Shown here: in pieces, positions 48,276-60,488 of the stretch
How positions within the stretch are numbered: the first letter of the stretch is position 1
Layout: the number at the start of each line of letters is the position of its first letter
Assembly (NCBI GenBank): GCA_041752695.1
Contig: JBGSVZ010000085.1
Coordinates: forward strand, 1 to 64,000
Direction: 5' to 3'
DNA length: 64,000 bases
Source of the DNA: Terrimicrobiaceae bacterium
GTDB lineage: Bacteria > Verrucomicrobiota > Verrucomicrobiia > Chthoniobacterales > Terrimicrobiaceae
The notes under the pieces: generated by a model
What the model saw: only the letters and a program-made list of their open reading frames with translations
Told to the model about the DNA's origin: nothing
Databases searched by the model: none
Program-made: the position numbers and the translations under genes

Positions 48276-50777
48276 CTACGCCGTCCCGCGCCAGCGGGTC
48301 ACCGCGATCTCGGCCAGAAACACGACGAGCAACGCGACCAAAAGCCAGCCACCGATCCCGCCGAACTCCGCCGTCCGGGGCGCATTCCAGACTTCGCGCA
48401 GATCGTTGATTTCCCGACCGCCCGAACCCGCACTCACGACACGCAACTCCTCCTGACGTTCCCGGGACAAGCCCCATTCGGGATCGAGCCCAGGGGAGAC
48501 CGGACCGAACGGCCACTTGTCACGTCCGGCCTGTACCACCCCGCGCAGCCACTCGGCCGGGGGCAGGGCCAGGCGGGCCTGATAGCGGCCGGGAGCAATT
48601 TTTTCCCACGGTACCTCGGAGGGTTTACCCGCAGCGCCAACGGCGATAAGGAGCCGGGGAGGATTCTCCGCGAGTTTGCGGGTCCAAGACTCGTCGTGCA
48701 GAAGCTCCAGCACGAGATCATGACCCACGAGGCGTTCGCGCAACCCCGCGCCGGGAGGCGGCACCTCCGGCAATAGCCAGCGAAGGAGAGTGCGTTCAAA
48801 ATCCGCCGCTTGAGGCCAGGCCCGCACCGATTGAGAAAATTCCCCGGCGAGGGGAAACGAAACCGCCGCCGCCCGGCCGGCCCCCCGCTGCCAGAAAGCG
48901 ACGAGGGGAGCTTTGTAGTCGTCCCCACTCACCGCGGCCGCGGCCGCTTCAGGCTTGAGGTAGCTGAGATTATAGCCATCGACCTGGGCCGGCCACGCCA
49001 GCGACCGCGCGGCCAGTTCCTGCCAGCCGCCGGCATCCACCACCGCCACGGGATCGCGCAGAAAGGCCGACCGGGCCACCGCTACGGTTTCCTGCGCAAA
49101 GATCCCGGGAAGTTGCGAGGGGTCGGCATTAAAAAAAATCCGACCATTTCCCCTCGCCGCCACGTCCTCGAGAAAGGCCGCGTCCGCGTCACCCGCGGTG
49201 CCCAGTCCAATCACACTCACCGTGGTGCCCTGCGCGGTCATTTCCGCCAGCAATTCCCGGTAAGCGCCAGGCTCCTCCGCATCCGCGGCGTCCGCAAAAA
49301 GCACGACATGGCGCTGGCCGGCCGGAGAATTTTTCAGCGCGTCCCACGCCGCTTTCAATCCCTGGAAAACAAAGATCCCCCCGCCCGTGCTCTGGATCCG
49401 GCGCACTTCGCTGCCAATCTTCTGGGCATCCCCGCCCACCTTGGTCAGCGGTACGATGGGATGCGCCTCGCTGTCCACCGCAAAAACCGCCACCGCGTCC
49501 GAAGGCCCCAGCAGTTCGACCGCCCGCGCCGCCCCCTCATTGGCCAGATCCATCTTGGTCACTCCCGGACCCGCCCCCGCCGCCATGCTGCCGGAACGAT
49601 CGAGCACAATCGCCATGGCCACAGCAAGCTTGCGATGCTCCTGGCGCAGCTCCATCGAGACCGGCAGCAGCGGATCAAGCGGCGACTGAAAATACCCGCC
49701 CGCTCCGAAACTCGACTTCCCCCCCGCCATCAAAAGCCCCCCGCCCTGAGCTGTGACAAAAAAATCCATCGCCTCCAAAAACTCCGCCGGAATCCGGTGT
49801 GCCGGAACGTTGTTGATCACCACCGCCCTCGCTCCACTCAACAGACCGGGATGCAGTTTTCCCGGATCGGCCACCACCTGCACCCGATTCCCCTGAGCCT
49901 GGAGCACTCCCACCAGCGGATCATCGGCATAAGCCGTCACCAACAACACGCTCTGCCCCTCGTTCACCTCCACCCAGCGCCAGGCGGCATTGTTGCCCGG
50001 TCGCGTGTCGCCGGTCGGAAGGAGCCGTACCTCATACTTCCTGGCTCCCGGTTCCAGGGACCGCGCCGCCGCCCGCAAATGCGCGCGCCCGCCGCGAAAA
50101 CTCATCACCCCCTCGCTGACCCGGCTCCCATCGCTCAGGATTTCGTAAGGCACATCCCCGTCTTGCGTCCCCCTTGCCTGCACCTCGAGAAGAAAGCCCT
50201 CACCCGGACGCACCCGTTCCGGCGCTTTCAGTTCCTCGATCCGGAAATCCTCCCCGCTTTCCGCCGACACGAGCCGAAAATCCAACACCACCTGCGCCTC
50301 GCGCAATTTCCCCGCCAAACCTCCCAGGTCCTCTGTGCTATACCCATCGGTCAGGGCCAGCATCCGCGCCGCCCGGCCCTTTTCCCGCCGCGCCAGGGCA
50401 AACTCCGCCGCCAGCCGCAGCCTCGTCTCACCCAGACCGGATTCAAACGCCGCCGCCGTGCCCCGCTGCACCGGCGACGCTGCAAAATCCACGTAAAAAA
50501 TCCGGTCGTCCGCCCCGCGGTTGTTCTCCAACAACTTCTCCATCTCCGCCCGACGCGGCTCCAGCGCCTCCTGCGCGGAATCCGACCGGTCCAGCAAAAC
50601 CCACACATCCAGCCCCGCCGCCGTGCGCCGCACCTCGGGACGAGCCAGAAAAAGCACCAGCAGCAACCAACCCACCGCCCGCAGCGGCTGCCAAAGACGC
50701 GCGCGAGACACCCACCACGACAGCACCACCAGCACCGGCAGGAGAAGAAACCATTGAGGTGCAGCGAACCGGAGCAT
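48276..50777 (-). CDS. VWA and glutamine-amidotransferase-like domain membrane protein
   Basis: BatA-like N-terminal TMs; MIDAS motifs LDRSDS and LDRSGSM; GGGLLMAGG..SFGAGGY...LLPV; C-terminal TM. Confidence 0.85.
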   Translation of the reverse strand: MLRFAAPQWFLLLPVLVVLSWWVSRARLWQPLRAVGWLLLVLFLARPEVRRTAAGLDVWVLLDRSDSAQEALEPRRAEMEKLLENNRGADDRIFYVDFAASPVQRGTAAAFESGLGETRLRLAAEFALARREKGRAARMLALTDGYSTEDLGGLAGKLREAQVVLDFRLVSAESGEDFRIEELKAPERVRPGEGFLLEVQARGTQDGDVPYEILSDGSRVSEGVMSFRGGRAHLRAAARSLEPGARKYEVRLLPTGDTRPGNNAAWRWVEVNEGQSVLLVTAYADDPLVGVLQAQGNRVQVVADPGKLHPGLLSGARAVVINNVPAHRIPAEFLEAMDFFVTAQGGGLLMAGGKSSFGAGGYFQSPLDPLLPVSMELRQEHRKLAVAMAIVLDRSGSMAAGAGPGVTKMDLANEGAARAVELLGPSDAVAVFAVDSEAHPIVPLTKVGGDAQKIGSEVRRIQSTGGGIFVFQGLKAAWDALKNSPAGQRHVVLFADAADAEEPGAYRELLAEMTAQGTTVSVIGLGTAGDADAAFLEDVAARGNGRIFFNADPSQLPGIFAQETVAVARSAFLRDPVAVVDAGGWQELAARSLAWPAQVDGYNLSYLKPEAAAAAVSGDDYKAPLVAFWQRGAGRAAAVSFPLAGEFSQSVRAWPQAADFERTLLRWLLPEVPPPGAGLRERLVGHDLVLELLHDESWTRKLAENPPRLLIAVGAAGKPSEVPWEKIAPGRYQARLALPPAEWLRGVVQAGRDKWPFGPVSPGLDPEWGLSRERQEELRVVSAGSGGREINDLREVWNAPRTAEFGGIGGWLLVALLVVFLAEIAVTRWRGTA

Positions 50778-50844
50778 CCCGCCAAGTTCACATGGGCACC
50801 GCCAAAGTGAAAAGACACTTCCGCGACAAACCTCCCCGGAATCG

Positions 50845-50886
50845 CGTTTACAATAAATGTCCCACCTGGGACATTTATTGTAAACG
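50845..50886. repeat. 32-bp-core palindrome, copy 3 (inverted orientation)
   Basis: CGTTTACAATAAATGTCCCA-CC-TGGGACATTTATTGTAAACG. Confidence 0.9.
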
Positions 50887-50941
50887 TCGATCCTGAAAAC
50901 CTTTTCTTCCCGCCGGACGCCGGAGGAGACAAAATCCCCGC

Positions 50942-53456
<2,515 letters not shown>

Positions 53457-53581
53457 ACGGGCCAGTTATCTGGATTTTCCAAGGAAACTGGAAAGACTTC
53501 GGCGGATTCCCTCTGGACGCCAAAGCGCACCGGTGAGGATCTGAGCCAGCCCTCCCCGGTGATCGCCCATTCGGCTCCGCC

Positions 53582-53707
53582 CTATTTGGAGTAACCCATC
53601 GTGGACGAAGAAGACGTCCCCGTGGAATGCGTGGTGGATTTGGAAGCGCACCCCGCGGCGAAAAGGGCAACGGTGGCGAGTGCGAGGAGTGTGGTGAGAT
53701 TTTTCAT
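53582..53707 (-). CDS. 41-aa Ser/Thr-rich small lipoprotein
   Basis: MKNLTTLLALATVALFAAGC lipobox followed by a 21-aa polar tail. Confidence 0.6.
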   Translation of the reverse strand: MKNLTTLLALATVALFAAGCASKSTTHSTGTSSSSTMGYSK

Positions 53708-53750
53708 GTCACGCTCACTTCGCTCGCTAGGGCCGGGCCGGCCGTATGGA

Positions 53751-53936
53751 TTAGAGCCGCCCCAGCTCGTCTCGGATCTCCTCCTTAGTTTTTCCCAGGC
53801 GAGTTTGCAGACGACCGAGGAGTTCCTCTTCCTTGCCTTCCGCGAAGGCGAGGTCGTCATCGGTAAGCTGACCGTACTTCTGTTTGAGCTTGCCCTTGAC
53901 GACGTTCCAATTCCCTTTGAGTTCGAGTTTGTTCAT
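53751..53936 (-). CDS. CsbD/YjbJ family stress protein
   Basis: [23 protein letters not shown]...G..EELLGRLQ. Confidence 0.92.
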   Translation of the reverse strand: MNKLELKGNWNVVKGKLKQKYGQLTDDDLAFAEGKEEELLGRLQTRLGKTKEEIRDELGRL

Positions 53937-53997
53937 GGTGATTTTTGGGTTGTGAATCACCAAGAGATCGTAGACCGACGCCAGGTCGGTCGCATTT

Positions 53998-54477
53998 TCA
54001 GGTTTCCGCGAGCAGGGAAATAGGAATTTTCACCACCAGCTTCCTTAATGCCGCCGGTTCCGCCACGGCGACCTTGGGGCGATGCGCTTCGCCGGGGAGA
54101 AAAATCGTAAAATCCCCCGACCGCAAAATCAGTTGAGTCACCGGATGACTCGTGGCGGCAAATTTCTGAGTGTCGGATTCCGGTTTGAAAGCCGTGGGAT
54201 TTCCGAGGGAGGCCACCGGGGCGAGGTCAATCCCTTCGATCCCGTCGATCATATATTGGATGTCGATAGTCGCGGGGTGATTTTCCCAGACGCAGAGCTC
54301 GCGGGCTTGCGTGGTGTATCCATGCACATTGGCAAACCAACCCGACCGACCCAGCTCATGGATTCCTTCCGTCAAGGAACCAAGACTTCGTGAGATCCAA
54401 TGCAGGGACTCGGAAAAAATCGGCTCGTGAATGTACGGCTGCCAGTGCGCTTTTTGGGAAAGAGTGGCCAGGAGCAT
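53998..54477 (-). CDS. YhcH/YjgK/YiaL family protein
   Basis: WENH...IDIQY...[18 protein letters not shown]. Confidence 0.85.
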   Translation of the reverse strand: MLLATLSQKAHWQPYIHEPIFSESLHWISRSLGSLTEGIHELGRSGWFANVHGYTTQARELCVWENHPATIDIQYMIDGIEGIDLAPVASLGNPTAFKPESDTQKFAATSHPVTQLILRSGDFTIFLPGEAHRPKVAVAEPAALRKLVVKIPISLLAET

Positions 54478-54783
54478 GATCTCAGAGAGGAACCCACCGG
54501 GAGAGAATCCGGTCGGCGGGTTTGGGCTCCGAACGTCGAAAGCATTTCCGCAGCAAAGCGAGGAGGGTTCGCATGGTTTTAAACCTACCCGCGCAACCGG
54601 TCACAATCAAGATTTCCCCGCAAAGAAACCGGCCTTTTTTACCGGCTCGAAGTGAGAAATGGCGCAACCACACAGGAAAGACCGAGAAGCGAGAGAAGGG
54701 CGAGGGCGAGAAAAGGGAGGATCATGCCAAAAGATAATCCACGATCCCCGATTTTCAAATGCCGGGAGAAAAAAGACGGCGCT

Positions 54784-55734
54784 TTAGCTCGGCAACGTGC
54801 TGCGCAGGACGACGGAGTTAGCGGCGATGGGTTCCACCAGCGCCCCCTCCTGGATGGCAGGAGCGAGGAAAAAGTCGCCCGGCCGGAATGTCACCCCGGC
54901 GCACTGAACGGAGCCGGTCAGCACATTGTAGATGGCAAAACGGCCGTCCGTGCACGCCGGGATTGCGGACGTGAGGGGAACTTTTTCCACCCGAAAATAC
55001 GGACATTCCGCCAGCACCCCTTCTTCAATGCGGGAGACATCGGGCTCAAAGTCCGCGAAATCCGTCGAAACGAGAGACTCTTCAAGATGCAGCTTGCGGG
55101 GCTGCCCATCGAGGCCGGTGCGGTTCCAATCGAAGACGCGGTAGGTGGTGTCGCTGTTTTGCTGGACCTCGACAATCACATTGCCCTCGCCGATGGCGTG
55201 GAGGCGTCCGCTGGGAATGAAGATGCTCTGACCGTTTTCCACCGGGATCACGTGGAGAGCCTCCTCGACTCGGCCTTCCCGGAGGAGCTTTTCGAAAAGG
55301 GCGCGACTGACCCCTTTTTTGAGACCGGCATAAATCGAGGCTCCGGGCTGGGTATCGGCGAAATACCACATTTCCGTTTTCGGTTCGCCACCGAGACTCG
55401 GGGCAATGGCCGCGGGCGGGTGAACCTGCACAGAAAGGCGGTCGCGGGCGTCGAGGATTTTGATCAGGATGGGAAACCGCGGTGCGGGATGATTGGCGTA
55501 GGCGGAGCCGAAAATTTCGGTCCGGTGTTTCGTCCACAGTTCGTTCAGCGTGGTGCCGCGCAGGGAACCGGCGTGCACCACACTCTGCGCACCCTCCCGG
55601 TCCACCACCTCCCAGGATTCTCCGATGGGCGCTCCGTGCGGAAGAGCCTTGCCGTAGAGGGACTCCAGGCGGCGGCCACCCCAGACGCGCTCCATGGGCA
55701 GGGGTTCAAAAACGATCGGCTGAGAGATGGGCAT
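54784..55734 (-). CDS. manA: Type I phosphomannose isomerase
   Basis: RVWGG, IGESWE, LIKILDA...LSVQVHP, KTEMWY, LHAIG, EVQQNSDTTYR. Confidence 0.9.
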   Translation of the reverse strand: MPISQPIVFEPLPMERVWGGRRLESLYGKALPHGAPIGESWEVVDREGAQSVVHAGSLRGTTLNELWTKHRTEIFGSAYANHPAPRFPILIKILDARDRLSVQVHPPAAIAPSLGGEPKTEMWYFADTQPGASIYAGLKKGVSRALFEKLLREGRVEEALHVIPVENGQSIFIPSGRLHAIGEGNVIVEVQQNSDTTYRVFDWNRTGLDGQPRKLHLEESLVSTDFADFEPDVSRIEEGVLAECPYFRVEKVPLTSAIPACTDGRFAIYNVLTGSVQCAGVTFRPGDFFLAPAIQEGALVEPIAANSVVLRSTLPS

Positions 55735-55828
55735 CCCTTTTTTTCTCCGAGGACGGCCCGGCCTGCAATCCCTTTTGAGGGTCATGCTTGCCGCCGGGCG
55801 GCAAATTGCGGAGACTTGTCGGTTTTCC

Positions 55829-58255
55829 ATGGCAAACAAAGCGAAACGACGGGGCAAATGGGACGCAGTGATCGGTCTCTCCCTTGCGGGAGCAGCGGTC
55901 CTCCTGGCCGTCGCCCTGTTCACATTCCGTCCCGGTGACCTCCCGAGCTGGGCGTGGCTCATCTATGACGGATCACCGAAAGGCCACATCTTCAACAACC
56001 TGTGCGGCGTCGTGGGAGCCGTCGCCGCCGGATACCTCTATTTCTTTTTCGGGGCGGCTGCCTGGCTCTGGATCATTGTTCTGGCCGGCTACGGCATTGC
56101 CAAACTGACCACCCGGGATTTTTCCCTGCGTGAGCGGGCGGGATGGAGCCTGCTTTTTGTCCTTTCGGGAGCCTGCCTTCTGCAGCTCCAGCCGTGGTTT
56201 TTCGCGGATTGGCGGCAGTTGCAATTTGCGGCCAAGAGCCCGGGCGGATGGCTCGGGTTATACGTCGGCAGGGCCTTCGGCACCCCGCTGGGCGACTTGG
56301 GTGCCCCCATTGTCCTGGGAGCCATCTACGTGATCAGCCTCGTGCTGGCCATCGGATTCCACCCGGTGAATGTCCTGCGCCGGGGCTGGCAGCGGATGAA
56401 AACCCACTTTACCGATCGCGAACGCCGCCGCCTTGAGGCCATGGAGGAAAGCGAACGCATGGAGGCCGAGCGGCTCAAGCTCGCCAAACAGGCCGACAAA
56501 CTCGAACGACAACTCAAGAAAAAACCCGAGCCCACTCCCGCGCCTGTCCCGCAGGAGGATCAACCGGAGCCCGAGATCTTCGACGCCACCGTTCCTCCGG
56601 AAAAACGTCCATCCCTGGCCGAGATCGAACAGGCCCGAAAGAAAAAAACGGAAAGCCGCCCCAACCTTGGCAGCCTGCACCTGGAGAACTACGAACTCCC
56701 GCCGCTGAGCCTGCTCGATCCGATTGACGAAGCCAATCACCGCCCGGCGGATCACGACGAACTCCGGAGCATCCAGAACACCATTCTCGAGACCCTGGCC
56801 CATTTCGGCGTCGAGGCCAGCGCGGGTCCCATCACCCACGGCCCCACCATTACCCGCTACGAGGTGGTGCCAAAAAGTGGCGTGCGGGTGGACCGCATTT
56901 CCGCACTGGAACGCGACATCGCCCGGGCCACCCGGGCCCAGCGCATCAACATCCTCGCCCCCATTCCTGGCAAGGACACGGTCGGCATCGAGATTGCCAA
57001 TGCCAACAAGGTGAAGGTCACCTTGCGTGAACTTCTCGAAACGGAGGACTGGCTGCACTCCGGCGCGAAACTTCCCCTCGCCCTCGGCAAGGATGTTTAT
57101 GGGAAAACCATCATCGCCGACCTCGCCAAAATGCCCCACTGCCTCGTCGCGGGCACCACGGGTTCAGGCAAGAGCGTTTGCATTAATTCCATCATCGCGA
57201 GCCTCCTCTTCCGCTACACGCCGGAGGAACTGCGCTTCATCATGATCGACCCCAAGGTCGTGGAAATGCAGATTTACAACGGTCTTCCGCACCTGGTCAC
57301 CCCGGTCGTCACCGATCCGAAAAAGGTCCTCCTGGCCCTTCGTTGGGTGGTGGATGAAATGGAACTGCGCTACCAGATTTTCGCCAAGGCCGGCGTGCGC
57401 AACGTCACCAGTTTTAACGATCGTCCCCTGCCCAAATCGCAGGCGGAACTGGACGAAGTCGAAAGTGAGAAGCCGGAAGTCGGAAGTGATCCCGAGCTCG
57501 AGCCCGACTCTGAAGAACAAGACCTTCCGCCTTCCGACATCCCACCTCCCAATTCCCCCATCTCCGTGCGTCGGGATGACGAACTCATCATCCCCGACCG
57601 CATGCCCTACATCGTGGTCATTATCGATGAGTTGGCCGACCTCATGCAGACGGCTCCCGCCGACGTGGAAGGAGCCATTGCCCGCATCACTCAAATGGCC
57701 CGCGCCGCCGGCATTCATCTCATTGTCGCCACGCAGACCCCCCGCGCCGACGTGGTCACGGGCATCATCAAAGCCAACATCCCAAGCCGTATCGCCTTCC
57801 AGGTGGCCTCCGGTTTGGACAGCCGCGTCATCCTGGATCAAAAGGGCGCCGAGAAGCTCCTCGGCCAGGGCGACATGCTCTACCTTCCCCCGGCGAGCTC
57901 CCAACTCCTGCGCTCCCAGGGCGTGTTGGTCACCGACGAGGAAATCCGCGTGCTGGTGGAATTTGTTTCGAAACAGGCGCAACCGAAATTCGAATCCAGC
58001 ATCCACGAAAAACTCAACAGCGATGCCACTCAGGAAGAAGACGTCACCGACGAGGACGAGGAACTCGTGCAGAAGGTTCTCGATATCATGCGCCAGGAAC
58101 GCCGTGCCTCCACCTCGCTCTTTCAGCGCCGCCTGCGCCTCGGCTACACCCGCGCCGCCCGCATCGTGGACATCCTCGAACAACGCGGCATCGTCGGCCC
58201 CCGCGACGGTGCCAAAGACCGGGAGATCCTCGTCAGCCTGGAAGCTTTGGAGTGA
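55829..58255 (+). CDS. ftsK: DNA translocase FtsK
   Basis: 4-TM N-terminus, GTTGSGKS, IIDELADLM, ARAAGIHL, gamma domain QRRLRLGYTRAARIVD. Confidence 0.96.
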   Translation: MANKAKRRGKWDAVIGLSLAGAAVLLAVALFTFRPGDLPSWAWLIYDGSPKGHIFNNLCGVVGAVAAGYLYFFFGAAAWLWIIVLAGYGIAKLTTRDFSLRERAGWSLLFVLSGACLLQLQPWFFADWRQLQFAAKSPGGWLGLYVGRAFGTPLGDLGAPIVLGAIYVISLVLAIGFHPVNVLRRGWQRMKTHFTDRERRRLEAMEESERMEAERLKLAKQADKLERQLKKKPEPTPAPVPQEDQPEPEIFDATVPPEKRPSLAEIEQARKKKTESRPNLGSLHLENYELPPLSLLDPIDEANHRPADHDELRSIQNTILETLAHFGVEASAGPITHGPTITRYEVVPKSGVRVDRISALERDIARATRAQRINILAPIPGKDTVGIEIANANKVKVTLRELLETEDWLHSGAKLPLALGKDVYGKTIIADLAKMPHCLVAGTTGSGKSVCINSIIASLLFRYTPEELRFIMIDPKVVEMQIYNGLPHLVTPVVTDPKKVLLALRWVVDEMELRYQIFAKAGVRNVTSFNDRPLPKSQAELDEVESEKPEVGSDPELEPDSEEQDLPPSDIPPPNSPISVRRDDELIIPDRMPYIVVIIDELADLMQTAPADVEGAIARITQMARAAGIHLIVATQTPRADVVTGIIKANIPSRIAFQVASGLDSRVILDQKGAEKLLGQGDMLYLPPASSQLLRSQGVLVTDEEIRVLVEFVSKQAQPKFESSIHEKLNSDATQEEDVTDEDEELVQKVLDIMRQERRASTSLFQRRLRLGYTRAARIVDILEQRGIVGPRDGAKDREILVSLEALE
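57454..57550. repeat. Inverted heptamer-repeat tract in frame within ftsK
   Basis: Five GGAAGTC-like heptamers (57454-88) face four CCTTCCG-like heptamers (57523-50). Confidence 0.55.
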
Positions 58256-58344
58256 GGATCGATCCCTTCTGGGAAAAATCTGTGTTTGCCTCGGCGATAC
58301 GTCGAGAATAGGTTCCCGGAGAGAGACGACTGCTTCTGGATGCC

Positions 58345-59367
58345 ATGAAACTTCCCCTCCCTTCCCTGCTGTCCAAGGCTCTTTCGGTCCTAAGTCTGGC
58401 CGCGGTGGTTATTCTGACCACCGGCTGCCCGGAGGAGGGCGGGGGTGATCCCACCCCCACTCCCACTCCCACCCCGTCGCCGACGCCATTTCCCACTCCA
58501 ACGCCGACCCCGACCCCCAGTTCTTCCGCATCCGCCACTTCCGAGGAGGTCGTTCTTACCACCGCCCGAATGGTGGCAGCAGCCACGGAAGACAGTGACG
58601 GCCAGCTTCTTGCCACCAGTGAATCCCTCGAAACCGGGGAGCTCACTACGGACGATCTCACTCGCGCGCAGGCTCTTCTGGAAAGTGCCCGGGAGGCTTT
58701 TTCCCTCGTTGAGATGTCGCTGTTTTACACCGACCCGCAAAACCCTGAAGAACAGGAATCCCTGCCGTCCACGCTCGCCTCGCGCCAGCCTTCCCTTACT
58801 CTGCCTGGATTTGATGACCTTGCCGCACAACTCTCCCAGCGCGTGTCGGGCGAAACCTTTCCGTCCAACGCCGATCTCCTTGAGTCGGTAAATCTCCTCC
58901 GCGGTGAGGTCGAACTTCTCGAAACCTCCTGGAGCTCCGATTCCGCAGGCAACTTCCGCAACGCCATTTTCCTGCGTGACAAGGAAGCCCCAGCCAGAAT
59001 CCTGCAAGGCGCTGTCGCCACCACCGACTTCCTCATTCTCGCCAGCCTTCTGCCGGAGAAACAGTTCCAGATTCCATCCCGTCTTCGGTCGCTGCGAAAT
59101 GTTTTGGACGGCACCTACACAAATAGCGAAGGCACGGTCATCTCCGGCTCCGGCCTCCTCTCGCTTATTGCCCAAACGGATCCGCGGCGGGCCAGACGCA
59201 TCCAGGAAAACCTGGACGCTTTGATTCAGCCCTACGAACAGTCCGGCGAAACTCCGTCCCCAGCGTCGTCCATCGCTTTTGAAACTCTGCGCGATGACCT
59301 CCTCGCTGCCGCACGCCGCATGGGCTATCGCATCGAACCTCTCTGCGACTTACCCCGCTCGGAATAG
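58345..59367 (+). CDS. Lipoprotein with a Pro-Thr linker and a degenerate imelysin-like domain
   Basis: Lipobox LTTGC; (PT)n repeat; LRNVLDGTY...GTVISGSGL..LIA..DP recalls the imelysin/IrpA C-terminal segment. Confidence 0.6.
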   Translation: MKLPLPSLLSKALSVLSLAAVVILTTGCPEEGGGDPTPTPTPTPSPTPFPTPTPTPTPSSSASATSEEVVLTTARMVAAATEDSDGQLLATSESLETGELTTDDLTRAQALLESAREAFSLVEMSLFYTDPQNPEEQESLPSTLASRQPSLTLPGFDDLAAQLSQRVSGETFPSNADLLESVNLLRGEVELLETSWSSDSAGNFRNAIFLRDKEAPARILQGAVATTDFLILASLLPEKQFQIPSRLRSLRNVLDGTYTNSEGTVISGSGLLSLIAQTDPRRARRIQENLDALIQPYEQSGETPSPASSIAFETLRDDLLAAARRMGYRIEPLCDLPRSE

Positions 59368-59384
59368 CGGGTTCCCCCTTCCAG

Positions 59385-60485
59385 CTACCCGAAGAGTCCG
59401 CGCTTTTTCCCGTCGCGCATCAGGCTTTCCAGGCGCCCTTTGTCGCGGGCGTGGGCCACACAATCCTCTTTGCTGATCTGCCGGTCGAGGTAGAGGGCGG
59501 CGAGCGATTCGTCAAACGAGTGCATGCCTTCGCGGGCACCAATCTCGATGATGCCGACGAGTTGCTCCCACTTTTTGTCGCGAATCACGGCACGCACCGC
59601 GATGTTGGAAACAATCACCTCCGAGGCGAGCACGCGGCCCTTGGCATTTTCCCGGGGAATGAGGCGCTGCGAGATAATGCCTTTCAGGCTGTTGGCCAGT
59701 TGCGCGATGATCTGGGGCTGTTGATCGCCCGGAAAGACATCCACCATGCGGGTGAAGGCCCCGGGCGCGTCCATGGTGTGCAGACTGCCCAGCACCAGAT
59801 GCCCCGTCTCCGCCGCAGTCACGGCGGCGGCGATGGTTTCCATGTCGCGCATTTCGCCCACCAAGATCACATCGGGATCCTGACGAAGCCCATGCCGCAG
59901 GGCCGCGGCAAACGAATGGGTGTCGCTGCCAACCTCGCGCTGCTTGATGATGCTGCGGGCATTGCGGAAGACAAATTCCACCGGATCTTCAATCGTCACG
60001 ATCACCCCCGCGCGGCGTTCGCTGATGTATTTGATCATCGCGGCCAGGGTGGTGCTTTTTCCGGAACCCGTGGTCCCGGTGACAATGACCAGGCCGCTGT
60101 CCAGTTCGCAGAGTTTGGGAACGATCTCGCGATGGCCGATGGTGAGAAGCTCCGGCACTTCCTCCGGGATAAAACGAAACGCGGCCTCCAGCGCCCCGCG
60201 CGCGAAATGAGCATTACCGCGAAAGCGCCCGAGTTTTTCGACCTGAATGGCAAAATCCAACTCCCAGTTTTCCTCCAGCCTGGCCCGCTGGTGTTCGCTC
60301 AACAAACTGAAGACCAGATCACGCGTCATCTCCGGGTCGAGCGGCCGGTCCAGGATGGGCGTGAGCGAACCATCCAACCGGATCATCGGCGGGGCATCGG
60401 CCGCAATGTGCAGGTCGGACGCGCCGCGGCTGACAGTCTCGCGCAGCAGTTCGAGGATATCGGGCGGAGGAGGAGGGAGATCCAT
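59385..60485 (-). CDS. pilT: Type IV pilus retraction ATPase
   Basis: ASDLHI, GTTGSGKST, TIEDPVE, LRQDPDVILVGEMRD, AETGHLV, AVRAVIRD. Confidence 0.9.
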   Translation of the reverse strand: MDLPPPPPDILELLRETVSRGASDLHIAADAPPMIRLDGSLTPILDRPLDPEMTRDLVFSLLSEHQRARLEENWELDFAIQVEKLGRFRGNAHFARGALEAAFRFIPEEVPELLTIGHREIVPKLCELDSGLVIVTGTTGSGKSTTLAAMIKYISERRAGVIVTIEDPVEFVFRNARSIIKQREVGSDTHSFAAALRHGLRQDPDVILVGEMRDMETIAAAVTAAETGHLVLGSLHTMDAPGAFTRMVDVFPGDQQPQIIAQLANSLKGIISQRLIPRENAKGRVLASEVIVSNIAVRAVIRDKKWEQLVGIIEIGAREGMHSFDESLAALYLDRQISKEDCVAHARDKGRLESLMRDGKKRGLFG

Positions 60486-60488
60486 GAC

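Noticed and set aside
54670..54725. Purine-rich GAGAAG/GGCGAG run
   Set aside because: Period irregular and no facing complementary arm; cannot be supported as an element
58450..58520. CCCAC(T/C) tandem hexamer repeat
   Set aside because: In phase with codons; encodes the Pro-Thr linker of the lipoprotein
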